From positions 31,670,883-31,734,882 of the forward strand of contig NC_057719.1 in NCBI RefSeq assembly GCF_004010195.1: a stretch of 64,000 nucleotides of DNA, read 5' to 3'. This stretch comes from Chiloscyllium plagiosum. Lineage: Eukaryota. Below, in pieces: positions 37,583-49,499 of this stretch (the first letter of the stretch is position 1; every line of letters begins with the position of its first letter). The translations under genes and the position numbers were made by a program. A model generated the notes under the pieces. That model ran no database searches. It worked only from the letters and a program-made list of their open reading frames with translations, and was not told the DNA's origin.

Positions 37583-39130
37583 ACTGAGGACTGCAGATGC
37601 TGGAGATCAGAGTCAGAAAATGTGCTGCTCGCAAAACATAGCAGGTCAAGCAGCATCTGAGAAGCAGGAGAATTGACGTTTTGGGCATAAGCCCTTCATC
37701 AGGAATATGGGTGGGTGGGGGTGGGGGTGGTGATGAGGTAGGTGGGAAGATGATATGGAGATGCAGGTGAGGGGTGATGGTGGTAGGACGGAGAGAAGGG
37801 TGAAGTGGACAGGTGGGAAGGTAGATGGACAGCTAGGACAGTTCAAGAGGGTGGTGCCAAGTTGGAAGGTTGGATCTGGTTTGAGGTAGGGAGAGGGGAG
37901 ATAAGAAAACTCATGAAATTGCTGTTGATGCTGTGTGGTTGGAGGGTCCCAAGGCAGAAGCTGAGGTGTTCTTTCTCCAGTGATTGGGTGGTTTGGATTT
38001 GGCAGTGGAGGATGCCCAAGACTTGCATGTCCTTGGTGGAGTGGGAGGGGGTGTTGAAGTGGTCAGCCACAGGGCATTGTGGTTATTTGGTGCATGTGTC
38101 CCAGATATGTTCCCTGAAACGTTCCACAAGTTGGCGTCCTGTCTCCCTAATGTGGAGGAGACCAAAGGAAGGTGTCGGGAGTGGAGGGTGGGTTGGTGTG
38201 GGGCATGGACCTAATGAGGGAATTGTAGAGGGAATGGTTTGCAGAATGCAGATAGGGGTGGGGAGGGAAATATATTTCTGGTGTAGGGTCTGATTGTAGG
38301 TGTCGGAAATGGCAGAGGATGAAGCTCTGTATCCAGAGATTTGTAGGGTAGAAGGTGAGGACGGGGGTGGGGCAGTTCTTGTGCAGTTGGAAGGGTAAGG
38401 TTCAGGAAATGGAAGCGATGCGCTGGAGAGCATTGTTGACCACATGGGAGGGGAAATTGTGGTCCTTGAAACGGGAGGCCATCTGGAATGTCCTGGAGTG
38501 GATTTGTTGCTCTTGGGAGCAGATATGGCAGAGGCAGATGTATTGGGAGTAAGGGGTTATGTTTTTACAGGACGGGGTTTGGGAGGAAACTGTGGTAACT
38601 GTGGGAGTCCGTGGGTTTGAAGTAGATATGTGTGTTGAGTTGGTTGCCAGAGGTAGAGATGGAAGGGTTCAAGAAGGGGAGGGAGATGTCCGAGATGATT
38701 TAGGTGAGGTAATTTGATGAACTGTTCAACCTCCTCATGGAAGCATGAGGTGGTGCCGGTGCAGTCATCAATGTAGTGGAGGAAAAGGTGGGTGATGGTG
38801 CCAGTGTAGCTGCAGAAGATGGACTGTTCCGCATATCAGATGAAGAGGTAGGCAAAACTGGGGCCCATGCGGGTGCCCATGGCGACCCCTTTGGTCTGAA
38901 TGAAGTAGGAGGATTCAAAGGAGAAGTTATTGAGGATAAGGACCAGTTCCACCAATTGAATGAGTGTGTCGGTGGAAGGATACTGTTTGGGTCAGTGGGA
39001 GAGAAAGAAACGGAAGGCTTGGAGGCCTTCACCATAGATGGAAGTGTGGAGGAACTGGATGTCCATGGTGAAGATAAGGCGTTGGGGGCCAGGGAACCGA
39101 AAATCATGGAAGAGGTGGAGGTGGAGGATT
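37583..39130 (-). mobile_element. Penelope-like retroelement (family A), deleted RT plus GIY-YIG plus hammerhead terminus
   Basis: Minus GVAMGTRMGPS...FLHYIDDC (38761-38779), GLLHIRETGRQLVERFREH, ADHFNTPSHS; terminus cCTGATGAagggcttatgcccaAAAcgtc and tail matching the hairpin mini-elements. Confidence 0.9.
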
Positions 39131-39709
39131 AAATGTTGCCTTCAAATCAGAGAGGGCTGGAATACAAAGGTTCATAAGAAAAAGGAAAAACTGTGCATTT
39201 TTATTTCAACTTTCAAGATCTGAGGACACCCCAAAGCCAACTATATAGCCAATGAAGTACTCTACTGAGATTATAAGTGGCCTCTTATAGGTGTTTGAGT
39301 GACATGGGCTATTGCGAGATTTGTGGCAGAATTGGATGAGAAGTCCGGTGGGGTCTATCTCTATGTCAGGAACATCTCACTCCGTCTTTTATGTTTTTCA
39401 CAGTGGGGTGGCAGCTTTCTCGCTCAGCAGAGGCAAGTTGTCAAAGGGAGATTACAGCTTGTTAAGTGCCTCAGCTTTATATTCAGATTTCTATATTATT
39501 GAACTCCCCAAACAAAGAAAACTTGACATGGAAACCAAGCTGCAGGTTCAGCTTGCCACTTACTCCAAGTGACCTCCTTGTTGTGTAGAATCAAACTGCA
39601 GCCCAGGGCATGATTCACAGGCATCAGCCTCATGTACAACCTCATGTCCATGGGGCATTAGCATCCTGTACGTGCCACATTGCAAGAACATCTCTGTATT
39701 CTCTGTCTA

Positions 39710-40211
39710 TGCCATGATGTTTAGATTGATTCTAATCTAAAATGTGAGATAATGGAGTTTTACATAAATTCATGCAGTTTTTGAGCTCAGAGTTCTACAT
39801 GAATGTAGACATGAATGTAGGCATAGACGTTCACCATTGTTAACAGCTAACCTGAGAATGCAACTTTTTAAAAAAAAGTTTTGTGGTTTACACATGAAAG
39901 AAGTGAAACTATCACTGTATTCTAACAGATGAAAGGCTTAACAGACAATCAATTTTTCAATGTATAATTTCAATTACATCACACTGTAAAGTTTTGCTAT
40001 AAATTCTGTGTTAGGATTGAGCCCTCCACTATCATCTGATGAAGGAACGTCGCTCCGAAAGCTAGTGTGCTTCCAATTAAACCTGTTGGACTATAACCTG
40101 GTGTTGTGTGATTTTTAACTTTGTACACCCCAGTCCAACACTGGCATCTCCAAATCATGACTATTCAGTTAAAAATCACACAACACCAGGTTATAGTCCA
40201 ACAGGTTTAAT
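39710..40211 (+). mobile_element. PLE family D terminal repeat with hammerhead (core at about 40036-40064) plus short inverted terminal piece
   Basis: CTGATGAaggaacgtcgctccGAAAgcta; downstream sequence matches 10490-10608; inverted piece at 40169-40211 flanked by the tgactattcag repeat; the 5' boundary is uncertain. Confidence 0.75.
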
Positions 40212-40221
40212 TGACTATTCA

Positions 40222-40715
40222 GAGGTGAGTGTGGATGAGAATGGAATACACCCCACATGCCTGGATGAGTGCAACAACAATCAAAGGCTTTGCGGCATCC
40301 AGAGAAAAGCAGCCCACAATCTATAAACATTCACTCCCTTTACCGCTGACATACAGTAACAGCAGTGTGCACCATTCACAAGAAGCCCTGCAGCAATTCA
40401 CCAAGATTCTTCAGGCAGCATCTTTCAAATCCATGATTACTTCCATCAAAAAGGACAAGTGCAGCAGGAACATGGGAATACTGCCACTTGCAAGTTCCCC
40501 TCCAAGCCACTCATTCTCCTGACTTGGAAATATATCGCTGTTCCTTCAGTGCAAATGATATCAAAATCCTGGAATTCCCTCCTAAGCAATACTGTGAGTC
40601 TACCAACAGCACATGGACCGCAGCTGATGAAGAAGGCAGCTCACCACCATTTTCTGAAGAGCAAATATGGAAATGCCCTGCCAGTAATGCCCACGTTCCC
40701 TGCTTGAATAAAAAG
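40222..40715 (+). mobile_element. Old CR1/L2-group LINE 3' end (same family as 15385-18362)
   Basis: tgcaagttcccctccaagccactc...aaaatcctggaattccctcc...aagaaggcagctcaccacc...gaataaaaa. Confidence 0.75.
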
Positions 40716-42189
40716 TAGGATTCTTAGAATCTGGCATTCTGTTTTTCTCTGTTTCATGCTGGCTTGTGTGTGTATGTGTGGGAGGACAAAGCTAAACAGC
40801 TCTCTGTCAATCAATTAACAGTTTGCCTTTAGAGGACCGATAATTTGCAATATCCTAATTGACGTTAAAAACTTGATTTGGAGGCAGCCCATTTCATTTT
40901 CTCTGTACATTTATCACAAAGACTCTGCAACATTGCTCTCAAACCATTTATCATGAATTGAAGTGTGTCTCTTCACCATTCTTGCATTAATCAGATCATG
41001 GAGAAAGTAAAGAATGCCTTTTCTCACCCTTTCTCAAACATCATTGAAAATGTTTAATCCTCTAACAAGACAACATGCTGATACCTTGGTACTTTTTGAA
41101 CTGGGTCATTTTCAATGTGGATGCCCTAGTTGTGCTGGTGGCGAGTTTGGAGTTGGCAATTGTTGTCTCCTGAACCTGATCAACAAAAACAAATAGTAAC
41201 CAATGATAGATGTTGCTGCTGCTGGCAGAAGAAAGGAGGCAGCTCAGCTTACAACACAGAGAACTGATCAAACGGTCAGCTAAAAAATATTGCAGCAGAT
41301 CGCACACAAAAAGTGTGAGTGGCAAAATATTTTCATCATCAAAAACATGATTTAATTGTTCCAGTTTGATAGTTGTGTACCATGTTCAGGTTTGGCAATC
41401 TGCAAACTGAACAGGAACTACAGATTGTCCACAGAGCCTGGATTTTCCTTAAATTCATCAAGGACAATACTTGTGTGGCTACTTGAGGTTTCTTTATCTG
41501 GAAACATTATGACTGATTTCATGAAAACGAACAGGAGCTCTAATTCTGAAGTGCAAGACATTCCTAAACTGCAAGCCCCAGCAAAAAAAAAAAGAAAGGA
41601 GGTCTACAGTAGTAACGGATTATCTGTTCCTTGCCTAAGGATGATGTCTACTCAGATTTGTGGGGTTTTGTCCTGATTCTTGGCCTGTTGATCTTTTGGA
41701 CATTTGGGAAGGGCTTCAACCAGCTAGTGGGATCCAGTTCACAGAATTCGTTTTCCTTCTATCCCACTACATTACTTCATCACCAAATGGTTGGAAATTA
41801 AAGTGTGAACACAGCTGAATGGATAATTGTGTTCACGCTGAAGGATCGGAAGCAAGCTCCTTCTAAGTCAGTAATATCAATGTCATTATGCTTCAAAGGG
41901 AGCTGCAGAGTGTTTCAACTGTTTTTTCTATCCTCCACAGAACATTCTCCATTTGGGAGAGAGGAGGATCTGTTGGGAGGGCTGGTTTTTGGCTATCACA
42001 ACACAGTCGACAAATTCAGAACTCAGCAAGTCACCACTCTTAAAATGTTACTATTGACGAGGAGATCTAACTGCAGGTCAGCTGTGCCTGTCCTGCCTTC
42101 TATAAACTATGGCAGTGAATGTTTGACAATAAAAACCTCGTCAATCCATGAAAGTCCATTAGTGTATCATCACTATGTTCTTGTAATGA

Positions 42190-42392
42190 GAACTGAACTC
42201 ATATCAGCAAGACATAAGAGTGTCTCAAAACATTCCAGCAACGGAACTCCCTCCCTATCAACATGGTGTGCATCCCAAACACCACAGACAGTAAATGGTT
42301 CAAGATGGCAACTCTTCTTCTCAAGGGAAATTAGGGATGGGCAATAAAATGGCGTAGCCAGTGTCACCCACATCCTGTGAATGAATAAAAGA
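42190..42392 (+). mobile_element. 3' tail of the same old LINE family
   Basis: ggaactccctccct...ttctcaagggaaattagggatgggcaataaa...cccacatcctgtgaatgaataaaa. Confidence 0.7.
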
Positions 42393-44144
42393 AGTCACTC
42401 CTCTATATCTCTGAATTCAATGGAACATCAGTCGAACAAACCCTTGTGTCCTTTTGAAGCCAAGTTCGACAAGCCTTCTGCCTAAATCCATGCAGAATAT
42501 TTGTGGAAATACCACTTTTATACAGCAGAGGGTGCTCTTTTACCTTGGTGTTCAACTGCTTGATTAAGTCAGTATGAAGCTATTTTGCATTTCAACTGAT
42601 CTGTGGAATAATTGACCTTCAACTGAATAATGCTGTAATTCTGTAGAGATTAGAACACATTTTCCTTTCTAAAATACTGCAAACAACTCTCAGGAACTAT
42701 TATCTGGTGAAAAATCTAAAAAATCATAAAATTAAGGTAGTGTTGAAATGAAGGTTGAATTTCCATTCAAAAACAATTCTTGTCTTCAAACGAATCGCTC
42801 CTAATCTTCACCATTAGGATAGACAAGAATATAATCATGCATATAGATCCTGTGGCTTTGGGATGATATCTGTCAATGTGAGTGATTATCGGGAAATGAT
42901 TTTTGTCAGCTGAATTGGCAGGTCTCCAGTACATCCATTGTTAGCACATATTGTTCTGATGAAAACAGAAGACATTAGCATTCTAACTTGTGACTGAATA
43001 TGAGACGGGGATTGTGAGGAATAGTTAAGTTAATGTACAAATATTAGATCAAAGTGACTAGGCCAAAGAGCTTGTACTGCAGTTACATTTCACAAATAGA
43101 AGTCACAAATTCCGTATACATGCCATGCTGTTGTGATGTGAATGTGTTCCTAAGGACTGTAGTTGTTGTTTAAAAGTGCCAAAACTGTGTAAAAACAGCC
43201 TCTGATCGTTTGGATGAGTTTTGCTGGAAGTGATTCAGGTGCAGTGATTTCAGATTCAATGGTGTTTCTTCAGAAAAATCAAGCCACATTGTCAGCCATG
43301 ATGGCATTTGGTATTTCAATGATGAACAAAATCTTCCCACAGAACAGAAAAATGGATTTTTAATATGATTGCTACCCCTGAGAATTATAGTGCAGCTAGA
43401 GAAAATTTAAATGGTTTAGACCTTGAATTAGCACTCTGGAGGAAAGTCACAGAGAAAGAATCCATTAGAGATGCCAATTAATCATGATTACAGAATTCTT
43501 TAGGTCAGTTTGATTGAATTTTCTCAATTTGAAAGAAACCCAGGAGTAACGAGGTAGCAATTCATTTTGGGTGGTCATATAATCCAGTCATTGCCAGACG
43601 TTTAGTTCCAGTGACTGTAATTTACTTGAATTAATTCCAAATCCATTGATAACTCTTACTGAACAGAAATCTATCAATGTCCACAAAACCTTCAATTCGC
43701 TAAGCCTCCATAAATTTGGAATAGACAATCCCAAATTTCTACTAAGCTTTGTGTCAATGTGATACTTTAAGGGTTTTGGATCTCACAACACAGTTCCATC
43801 AAACAAAATAAATGGTAATGATTTTAGAATGAAATGTTAACAGTCTATAATCTTCATCAATTGTGGACTTCCTAAATTAATTCTAATATTGGGTGCTAAT
43901 ACATCAAATGAGTTAAAGGAATTCAGTGTTATTAATTATGTTGTCTCACATATACTTAATGCATTTGGACAAAATTTCTCATTCTTCTATTGTAATGTAT
44001 ATATTAACTTCTTTATTTTAAACAGTTAATACTTCAAATAAAATATCAGGGGGTGGGGCAATTTCTTATTCATTCATTAAATGCTTGTTTAATGATATTG
44101 CTGAAAATAGTTTGTGCCCTTTGTTTCAAACCTTCAAAATAACA

Positions 44145-44247
44145 TAAACAAAAACAGAAGTTGCTAGGAAAACTCAGCACATTTGGTAGCATCTGTGAAG
44201 AGAAATCAGAGTTAATCATTTGGATCTGGTGACATTTCCTCAGAACA
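44145..44247 (-). mobile_element. PLE family C terminal fragment
   Basis: aaaacagaagttgctaggaaaactcagc...gagttaatcatttggatctggtgacatttcctcagaac. Confidence 0.6.
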
Positions 44248-44419
44248 GTTAATAGTCTAGCCTGTACTGTGATTGTTCAGCCCTTTGTCCTTGGAGTATC
44301 CATCCTCATAACAGGGCAGCACGGTGGCTCAATGGTTGGCACTGCTGCCTCACAGTGTCAGGGACCTGGGTTCGATTTTAGCCTTTGGCTGTGAGGAGTT
44401 TGCAAGTCCTCCCTGTGTC

Positions 44420-44650
44420 TAGATTTAAATTAGATTAGATTACAGTGCGGAAACAGGCCCTTTGGCCCAATAAGCCCACACCGACCCGCCGAAGCAAAAC
44501 CCACCCATACCCCTACATTTACCCCTTACCTAACACTACAGGCAATTTAGTATGGCCAATTCACCTGACCCTGCACATCTTTGGACTGTGGGAGGAAACC
44601 GGCTGACGCTGTGAGGCAGCAGTGCTAACCACTGTGCCACCGTGCCGCCC
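44420..44650 (-). mobile_element. Internally deleted HE1 SINE nested antisense in another HE1
   Basis: ttagattac tail at left, gtgccgccc head at right; B-box region missing. Confidence 0.85.
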
Positions 44651-44849
44651 ACCGTCTGTGCAGGTTTCTTCTGGGTGGTCTGGTTTTCTCTCACGATCCA
44701 AAGATGTGTAGGTTAGGTGAATTGGCCATGCTAAATTGCCCATAATGTACAGGCATACCTAGGTTAGGTACATTAATCAGGGATAAGTATAGAGGAATGG
44801 GTCTGGGTGGATTACTCTTCAGAGAGTCAGTGTGTACTTGTTGGGCTGA

Positions 44850-45120
44850 AGCTGAAAATGTGTTGCTGGAAAAGCGCAGCAGGTCAGGCAGCATCCAAGG
44901 AGCAGGAAAATCGACGTTTCGGGCATAAGCCCTTCTTCAGGAATGAGGAAAGTGTGTCCAGCAGGCTAAGACTGCTGGACACACTTTCCTCATTCCTGAA
45001 AAAGAACTTATGCCCGAAACGTCGATTCTCCTGCTCCTTGGATGCTGCCTGACCTGCTGCGCTTTTCCAGCAACACATGTTCAGCTCTGATCTCCAGCAT
45101 CTGCAGTCCTCACTTTCTCC
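44850..45120. mobile_element. Palindromic PLE mini-element (family A) with hammerhead on each arm
   Basis: About 115-bp inverted arms around 44968; intact minus-strand core cCTGAAGAagggcttatgcccGAAAcgtc, mutated plus-strand core; cttgttgggctgaag at 44837-44851 and 45120-45134. Confidence 0.9.
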
Positions 45121-45154
45121 TTGTTGGGCTGAAGGGCCTGTTTCCACATTGTAG

Positions 45155-45357
45155 AGAAAGAAAATGCTGGACAAACTCAGCAGGTATGACAGCATCTGCG
45201 GAGAGAAATCAAAGTTAACATTTTGAGTCCAATGATCCTTTGACAGAACTGCCAAACGTTAACTCTGTTTTTCTGTCCATAAATGCTGCCACACCTGCTG
45301 AGTTTCTTAAGCACTTGCTCTTTTCGTTTTAGATTTCCAGCATCTGCAATTCTTTGG
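45155..45357. mobile_element. Palindromic PLE mini-element (family C)
   Basis: aaactcagcaggt...gcagcatct...gttaac / gttaac...atgctgcc...acctgctgagttt inverted arms plus tail atttccagcatctgca. Confidence 0.7.
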
Positions 45358-45364
45358 AGTCTTG

Positions 45365-45705
45365 GGGTCATATAGAGGTATAGAGAAACAGACATTTCAG
45401 TCCAACTCGTCCATGCCAACCAGATAACCTAAATTAAGCTCGTCCCACTTGGCCCATATCCCACTAAACCCTTCCTATTCATATACCCATCCAGATGCGT
45501 TTAAATGTTGTAATTGTACCAGCCTCCACCACCTCCTCTGGCAGCTCACTCCATATATGTACCACCCTTTGCATGAAAAAGTTGTTCCTTAGGTCCCCTT
45601 TAAACGTTTCCCTCTCACCCTCAACCTATGCCCTCTAGTTCTGGGCTTCCCCACCCCAGGAAAAGACCTTGTCTATTTACCTTATTCATGTCTCTCATGG
45701 TTTTA
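45365..45705 (-). mobile_element. CR1 3' fragment
   Basis: Reverse complement of the CR1 C-terminus and tail. Confidence 0.85.
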
Positions 45706-46705
45706 TTTTAGAGCGTAATGCAAGCTCTAGTGTGTTCTGCCATGGATATGCTCTTGCTGTTGATTGACAACCTCAGTGTGACTGCACATGTCGACCACTT
45801 CCCTGATATTAAGAATTTGGTCTCAAAATAGATATCCTCTCCCCATAGAACCCCTTATGCTTAGCACTGTATTTAATTAGTCTGTCTTTTAGTTGTGTAA
45901 ATTCGCAGATTCTTGCAAGGAGAGTTAATGAGATTACCTATTGATCAATGGACTGTTTTCTACCTTGGGCCTGAATATTGAACATTTACTGTTCATAGGT
46001 TGTATTCACATGGGGTTCAAAGCCTGCCTTCAGGGCCTTTAAAATGTCTATTTTTTTCTGTTCTGTTCTTCAGAGCAATTTGGGCAGAAATCAGCACATG
46101 GTCAATATTAGTGCATTTCCTGGAGTGTCACTCTCTGCTAGGCCTAGTCAGTTTTCTCTTGCTATCTTCATGTTTCATCACCCTGCCCCATATCACCCCA
46201 CTCATTGTATTCTCTCACTTGCTGTATGGATATATACCACAGCTGGGATATCCCAGGATTCCTGGTGCTGATGCTGTCTTTTAAGCACAGCCATGGACCC
46301 ACACAAGTATTGGCTATCCAGATTTGCGTTTCACTGTGCAAGCCCTGGTAGACCAATTAAAAACAAATGCTTCTCAGAGTACAAGGGTGTCACAGCTTGA
46401 TTACACATGCAAGTGCACATTCTTATATCTATTGAGACATAATTTACCCATCCTTAGCCTCATCCCATCTTACAACCCTGTTTAACATGGGACTATCACA
46501 TACTAGAAAGCCTTCAAATAGCTCAAAACATTCACTTGTATCCAACTACACCAAAACAAACAAACAGAAGCAGATAGAAGCTGCATTATCCTCTGGGAAA
46601 AGAAACAGACTGCATGCATTTCAAGCAACAACAAATTTACAGCCAACGAGTGATCACTGCACCCAGCTCATATCTACTGGAACTAGGTGTCAATTAAAAC
46701 TTCTT

Positions 46706-46930
46706 GGAGAAAGTGAGGACTGCAGATGCTGGAGATCAGAGCTGAAAATGTGTTGCTGGAAAAGCGCAGCAGGTCAGGCAGCATCCAAGGAGCAGGAGAA
46801 TCGACGTTTCGGGCATGAGCCCTTCTTCAGGAAAGAGGAAATGAAGAAGGGCTCATGCCCGAAATGTCGATTCTCCTGCTCCTTGGATGCTGCCTGACCT
46901 GCTGCGCTTTTCCAGCAACACATTTTCAGC
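46706..46930. mobile_element. Palindromic PLE mini-element (family A) with hammerhead
   Basis: About 88-bp near-perfect arms; intact minus-strand core CTGAAGAagggctcatgcccGAAAcgtc; gtcaattaaaactt at 46689-46702 and 46932-46945. Confidence 0.9.
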
Positions 46931-46954
46931 AGTCAATTAAAACTTGCCTGCTCT

Positions 46955-47990
46955 CTAGTGCTTGTGCTGCAGATGACTTGAATATTGATGGAATGGAAGC
47001 CTTTCCTATTGACAAACACAGCAGCGTTATGATATGGGCCTTCCCAACATAACGTGCACACACTGTCTGTTGTATCCTGCACCTGGGGAAAGCCAGTTGT
47101 GTTGGCAAAGTTGACTGCCCAGATGGTAGCACTGATCTCATCACAGAGAAACAAAATGAATTACTGTAATTTGGCAGCAATTGCATCAAATTGCACATTG
47201 CCTTGATATATTTGTAGAGAGAGATCCTGCACAGGTCCCTGGTGGCTTCTTCGAAGGAGCCAGTTAGAATCATAGAATCTCTGCAGTGTGGAATCAGGCC
47301 ATTCAGCTGATCAAGTTGACACTGATCCTCTGGAGAACATCCCACCTGAACCCATCCCCCTACCCTATCCCATAATCCTGCATTTCCCATGGACTAATCG
47401 ACCTAGTGTGCACATCCCTGGACATTATGAGCTATTGATTATTGCCAATCCACCTAGCCTGAATATCTTTGGAGTGTGGTGGGAAACCAGAGCACCCGGA
47501 GGAAATCCATACAGACACAGGGAGAATGTGCAATCTCCACCCGGACAGTTGCCCAAGGGTGGAGTCAAACCCAGGCCCTTGGTACTGTGAGGCAACAATG
47601 CTAACCACTGAACCATTGTGCCAATTTTGCATAGGAGTTGAGTGTGGCTGTCACCTTGCAGGTCACTGGGACAGAATAGCTACCCGGTCCTGGGACATCC
47701 TCAATTTGCAGTGACACTGCTCCTCCCTCATCTGGAGGAAATGGCATTGAGGACAATAGACTCTGGGCAACCTGTTCCACCTCCACATCCTGAGGGGACC
47801 TTCAACTGTAACCTCCTCAGGTGGAGTCTGTTCAGTACCTAATGGAGGTTGCTGCTGTCCTGGGCTATTGTAACATCTGGGGCTCTTCTATTTCTCTGTA
47901 CCTTTGTTGTCACACAATGACAGCAACGATATCCCTCCTCTGGCTGGATTCATCAGACGAGTTGCAATGCATCTGTGCGAGGAGCAGGCA
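46955..47990 (-). pseudogene. PIF/Harbinger (HARBI1-like) transposase pseudogene
   Basis: Minus-strand pieces in the correct order: PRVYCPQCHFLQMREEQCHCKLRMSQD, VPVTCKVTATLNSYA, TGSFEEATRDLCRIS, GFPQVQDTTD, FVNRKGFHSINIQVIC. Confidence 0.85.
47266..47621 (-). mobile_element. HE1-related SINE inserted in the Harbinger transposase
   Basis: Minus head ggcacaatggttcagtggttagc...gggtttgactcc; tail gattctatgattct. Confidence 0.85.
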
Positions 47991-48544
47991 AAACAGAACA
48001 GTTCCTTAGCAATATGAGCAGTCAGCTCTCACATAAATGATAGTTTAGCATATTGTTCCATACAGTGGCACATGGAAGATTCTGATAAGGAGGACCTTGA
48101 AATGTCTATAGATGCAACCTCTACATCAGGACTTTATTCTGATGAGGGCAGTATACATCAGATTGTATTGAGACAGTAGGGGTTTGTGAGTGCTGCATAA
48201 ATACTGAAGACTTGTACTCTCAGCCCCACATCACTCAAGAAAGGCATCTTTGCATGTAAGGGCATGTTGGTGAATGCCTCCAGTTCATGGTTACAGGGAA
48301 ACACTTCCAGTCCCTGTCAAATCTCTGAGATCTTTCAGTATCTTTATGCTTTGTGGCCCACAGGGCCTCTTTTAAGGTTGCTTGCTAGTAGCTTTACAGA
48401 AATGACTATCTTTAATCTGCAATTGACCAATGGCATGGTCAAGATTGTGCAGCATTTACTTCCCTCATGGTTATATAATAGATGTAGTTCTCACGCACAA
48501 TCATATATTTGCAAATGGCTGCAACGTGTACTCTGTAGGCACCT

Positions 48545-48695
48545 AGAGTCATAAAGTGATAGGGATGTACAGTACGGAAATAGACCCTTCGGTCCAACCC
48601 GTCTGTGCCGACCAGGTATCCCAACTTAATCTAGTCCCATATGCCAGCGCTTGGCTCATATCCCTCTAAACCCTTACTATTCATGTACCCATCCA
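48545..48695 (-). mobile_element. CR1 3' tail
   Basis: gagtcata...acagtacggaaatagacccttcggtccaac... Confidence 0.8.
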
Positions 48696-49277
48696 TTATA
48701 AGAATTGCAAGATAACCAAGAATATAGTCGTTGCTGCACTGAAAGCATTACAATAGAAGGAGAGGTGATAGATGTGGATAGATGAGGACAACAAATCAAT
48801 GATTTGAATCACTAGCTAAAACCGAATAGTTAACCAAAAAGCAATTAGAGCAAATTGAAGGAGCTAGGAGTCAAAGGGCCTACGAGGAAATTGATCAGAT
48901 CAGAGATTAGTAGAAGTATGTTATGCAGATCCTTAATGAACTATAAAACAGTGACTATAATTTTGAAACATGGTACCACATCAGTAGCAATATCAGATTT
49001 CACATTTAGTTGACCGCTAATTTGATTAGCAACCCAGACATAGGTTAACATTCAATCTCTAGTAATTTTACACTGGGAAGTTTTGTAATGCAGTAGGTAG
49101 TGCCCTGCCTCTGAGGCAGGAGCTGTGGGTTTGGATCCTGCTCCCTGACTTGGTAGACAAGCTAGATTCTTTTATAACATGGTCAAAAAAGGTTCAGTTT
49201 CTATCGGGCCTTCCAATGTGTCAGTGACAGGTGGTAAGAGCAGGACAGACTCCTGGGTTAGGCATCCTTGATGCAGA

Positions 49278-49499
49278 ATCAAGATTCGAGTGGTGCTGGA
49301 AAAGCACAGCAGGTCAGGCAGCATCCGAGCAGCAGGAAAATCGACCGTTTGGGCAACAATCCTTCATGAGGGGTTTTTGATTCCTGATGAAGGGTTTTTA
49401 CCCAAAATGTTGATTTTCCTGCTCCTTGACCTGTTGTGCTTTTCCAGCACCACTCTAATCTTGACTCTGCTCTCCAGCATCTGCAATACTCACTTTCAC
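49278..49499. mobile_element. Palindromic PLE mini-element (family A variant)
   Basis: Inverted arms; cCTGATGAagggtttttacccaAAAtgttgatt degenerate core; catccttgatgcaga at 49263-49277 and 49500-49514. Confidence 0.85.

Larger units (their letters stand above)
44313..45152 (+). mobile_element. HE1-type SINE interrupted twice
   Basis: Head gggcagcacggtggctcaatggttggc...gggttcgatt at 44314-44378, body 44652-44851, tail 45120-45152. Confidence 0.85.

Noticed and set aside
41088..41178. Minus-strand exon of a nested antisense gene (as LRRC17 lies within FBXL13 in mammals)
   Set aside because: Weak donor, and the peptide VQETTIANSKLATSTTRASTLKMTQFKKYQ shows no LRR pattern or other recognisable similarity
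44850..45086. miRNA precursor or classical DNA-transposon MITE
   Set aside because: The arms are PLE termini with hammerheads, an asymmetric tail and a 13-15 bp TSD, not TIRs with TA/TWA/8-bp duplications; small-RNA production is not excluded but not supported
46073..46284. Exon after the strong acceptor ttttttctgttctgttcttcag
   Set aside because: No good donor and no recognisable protein similarity in either open frame
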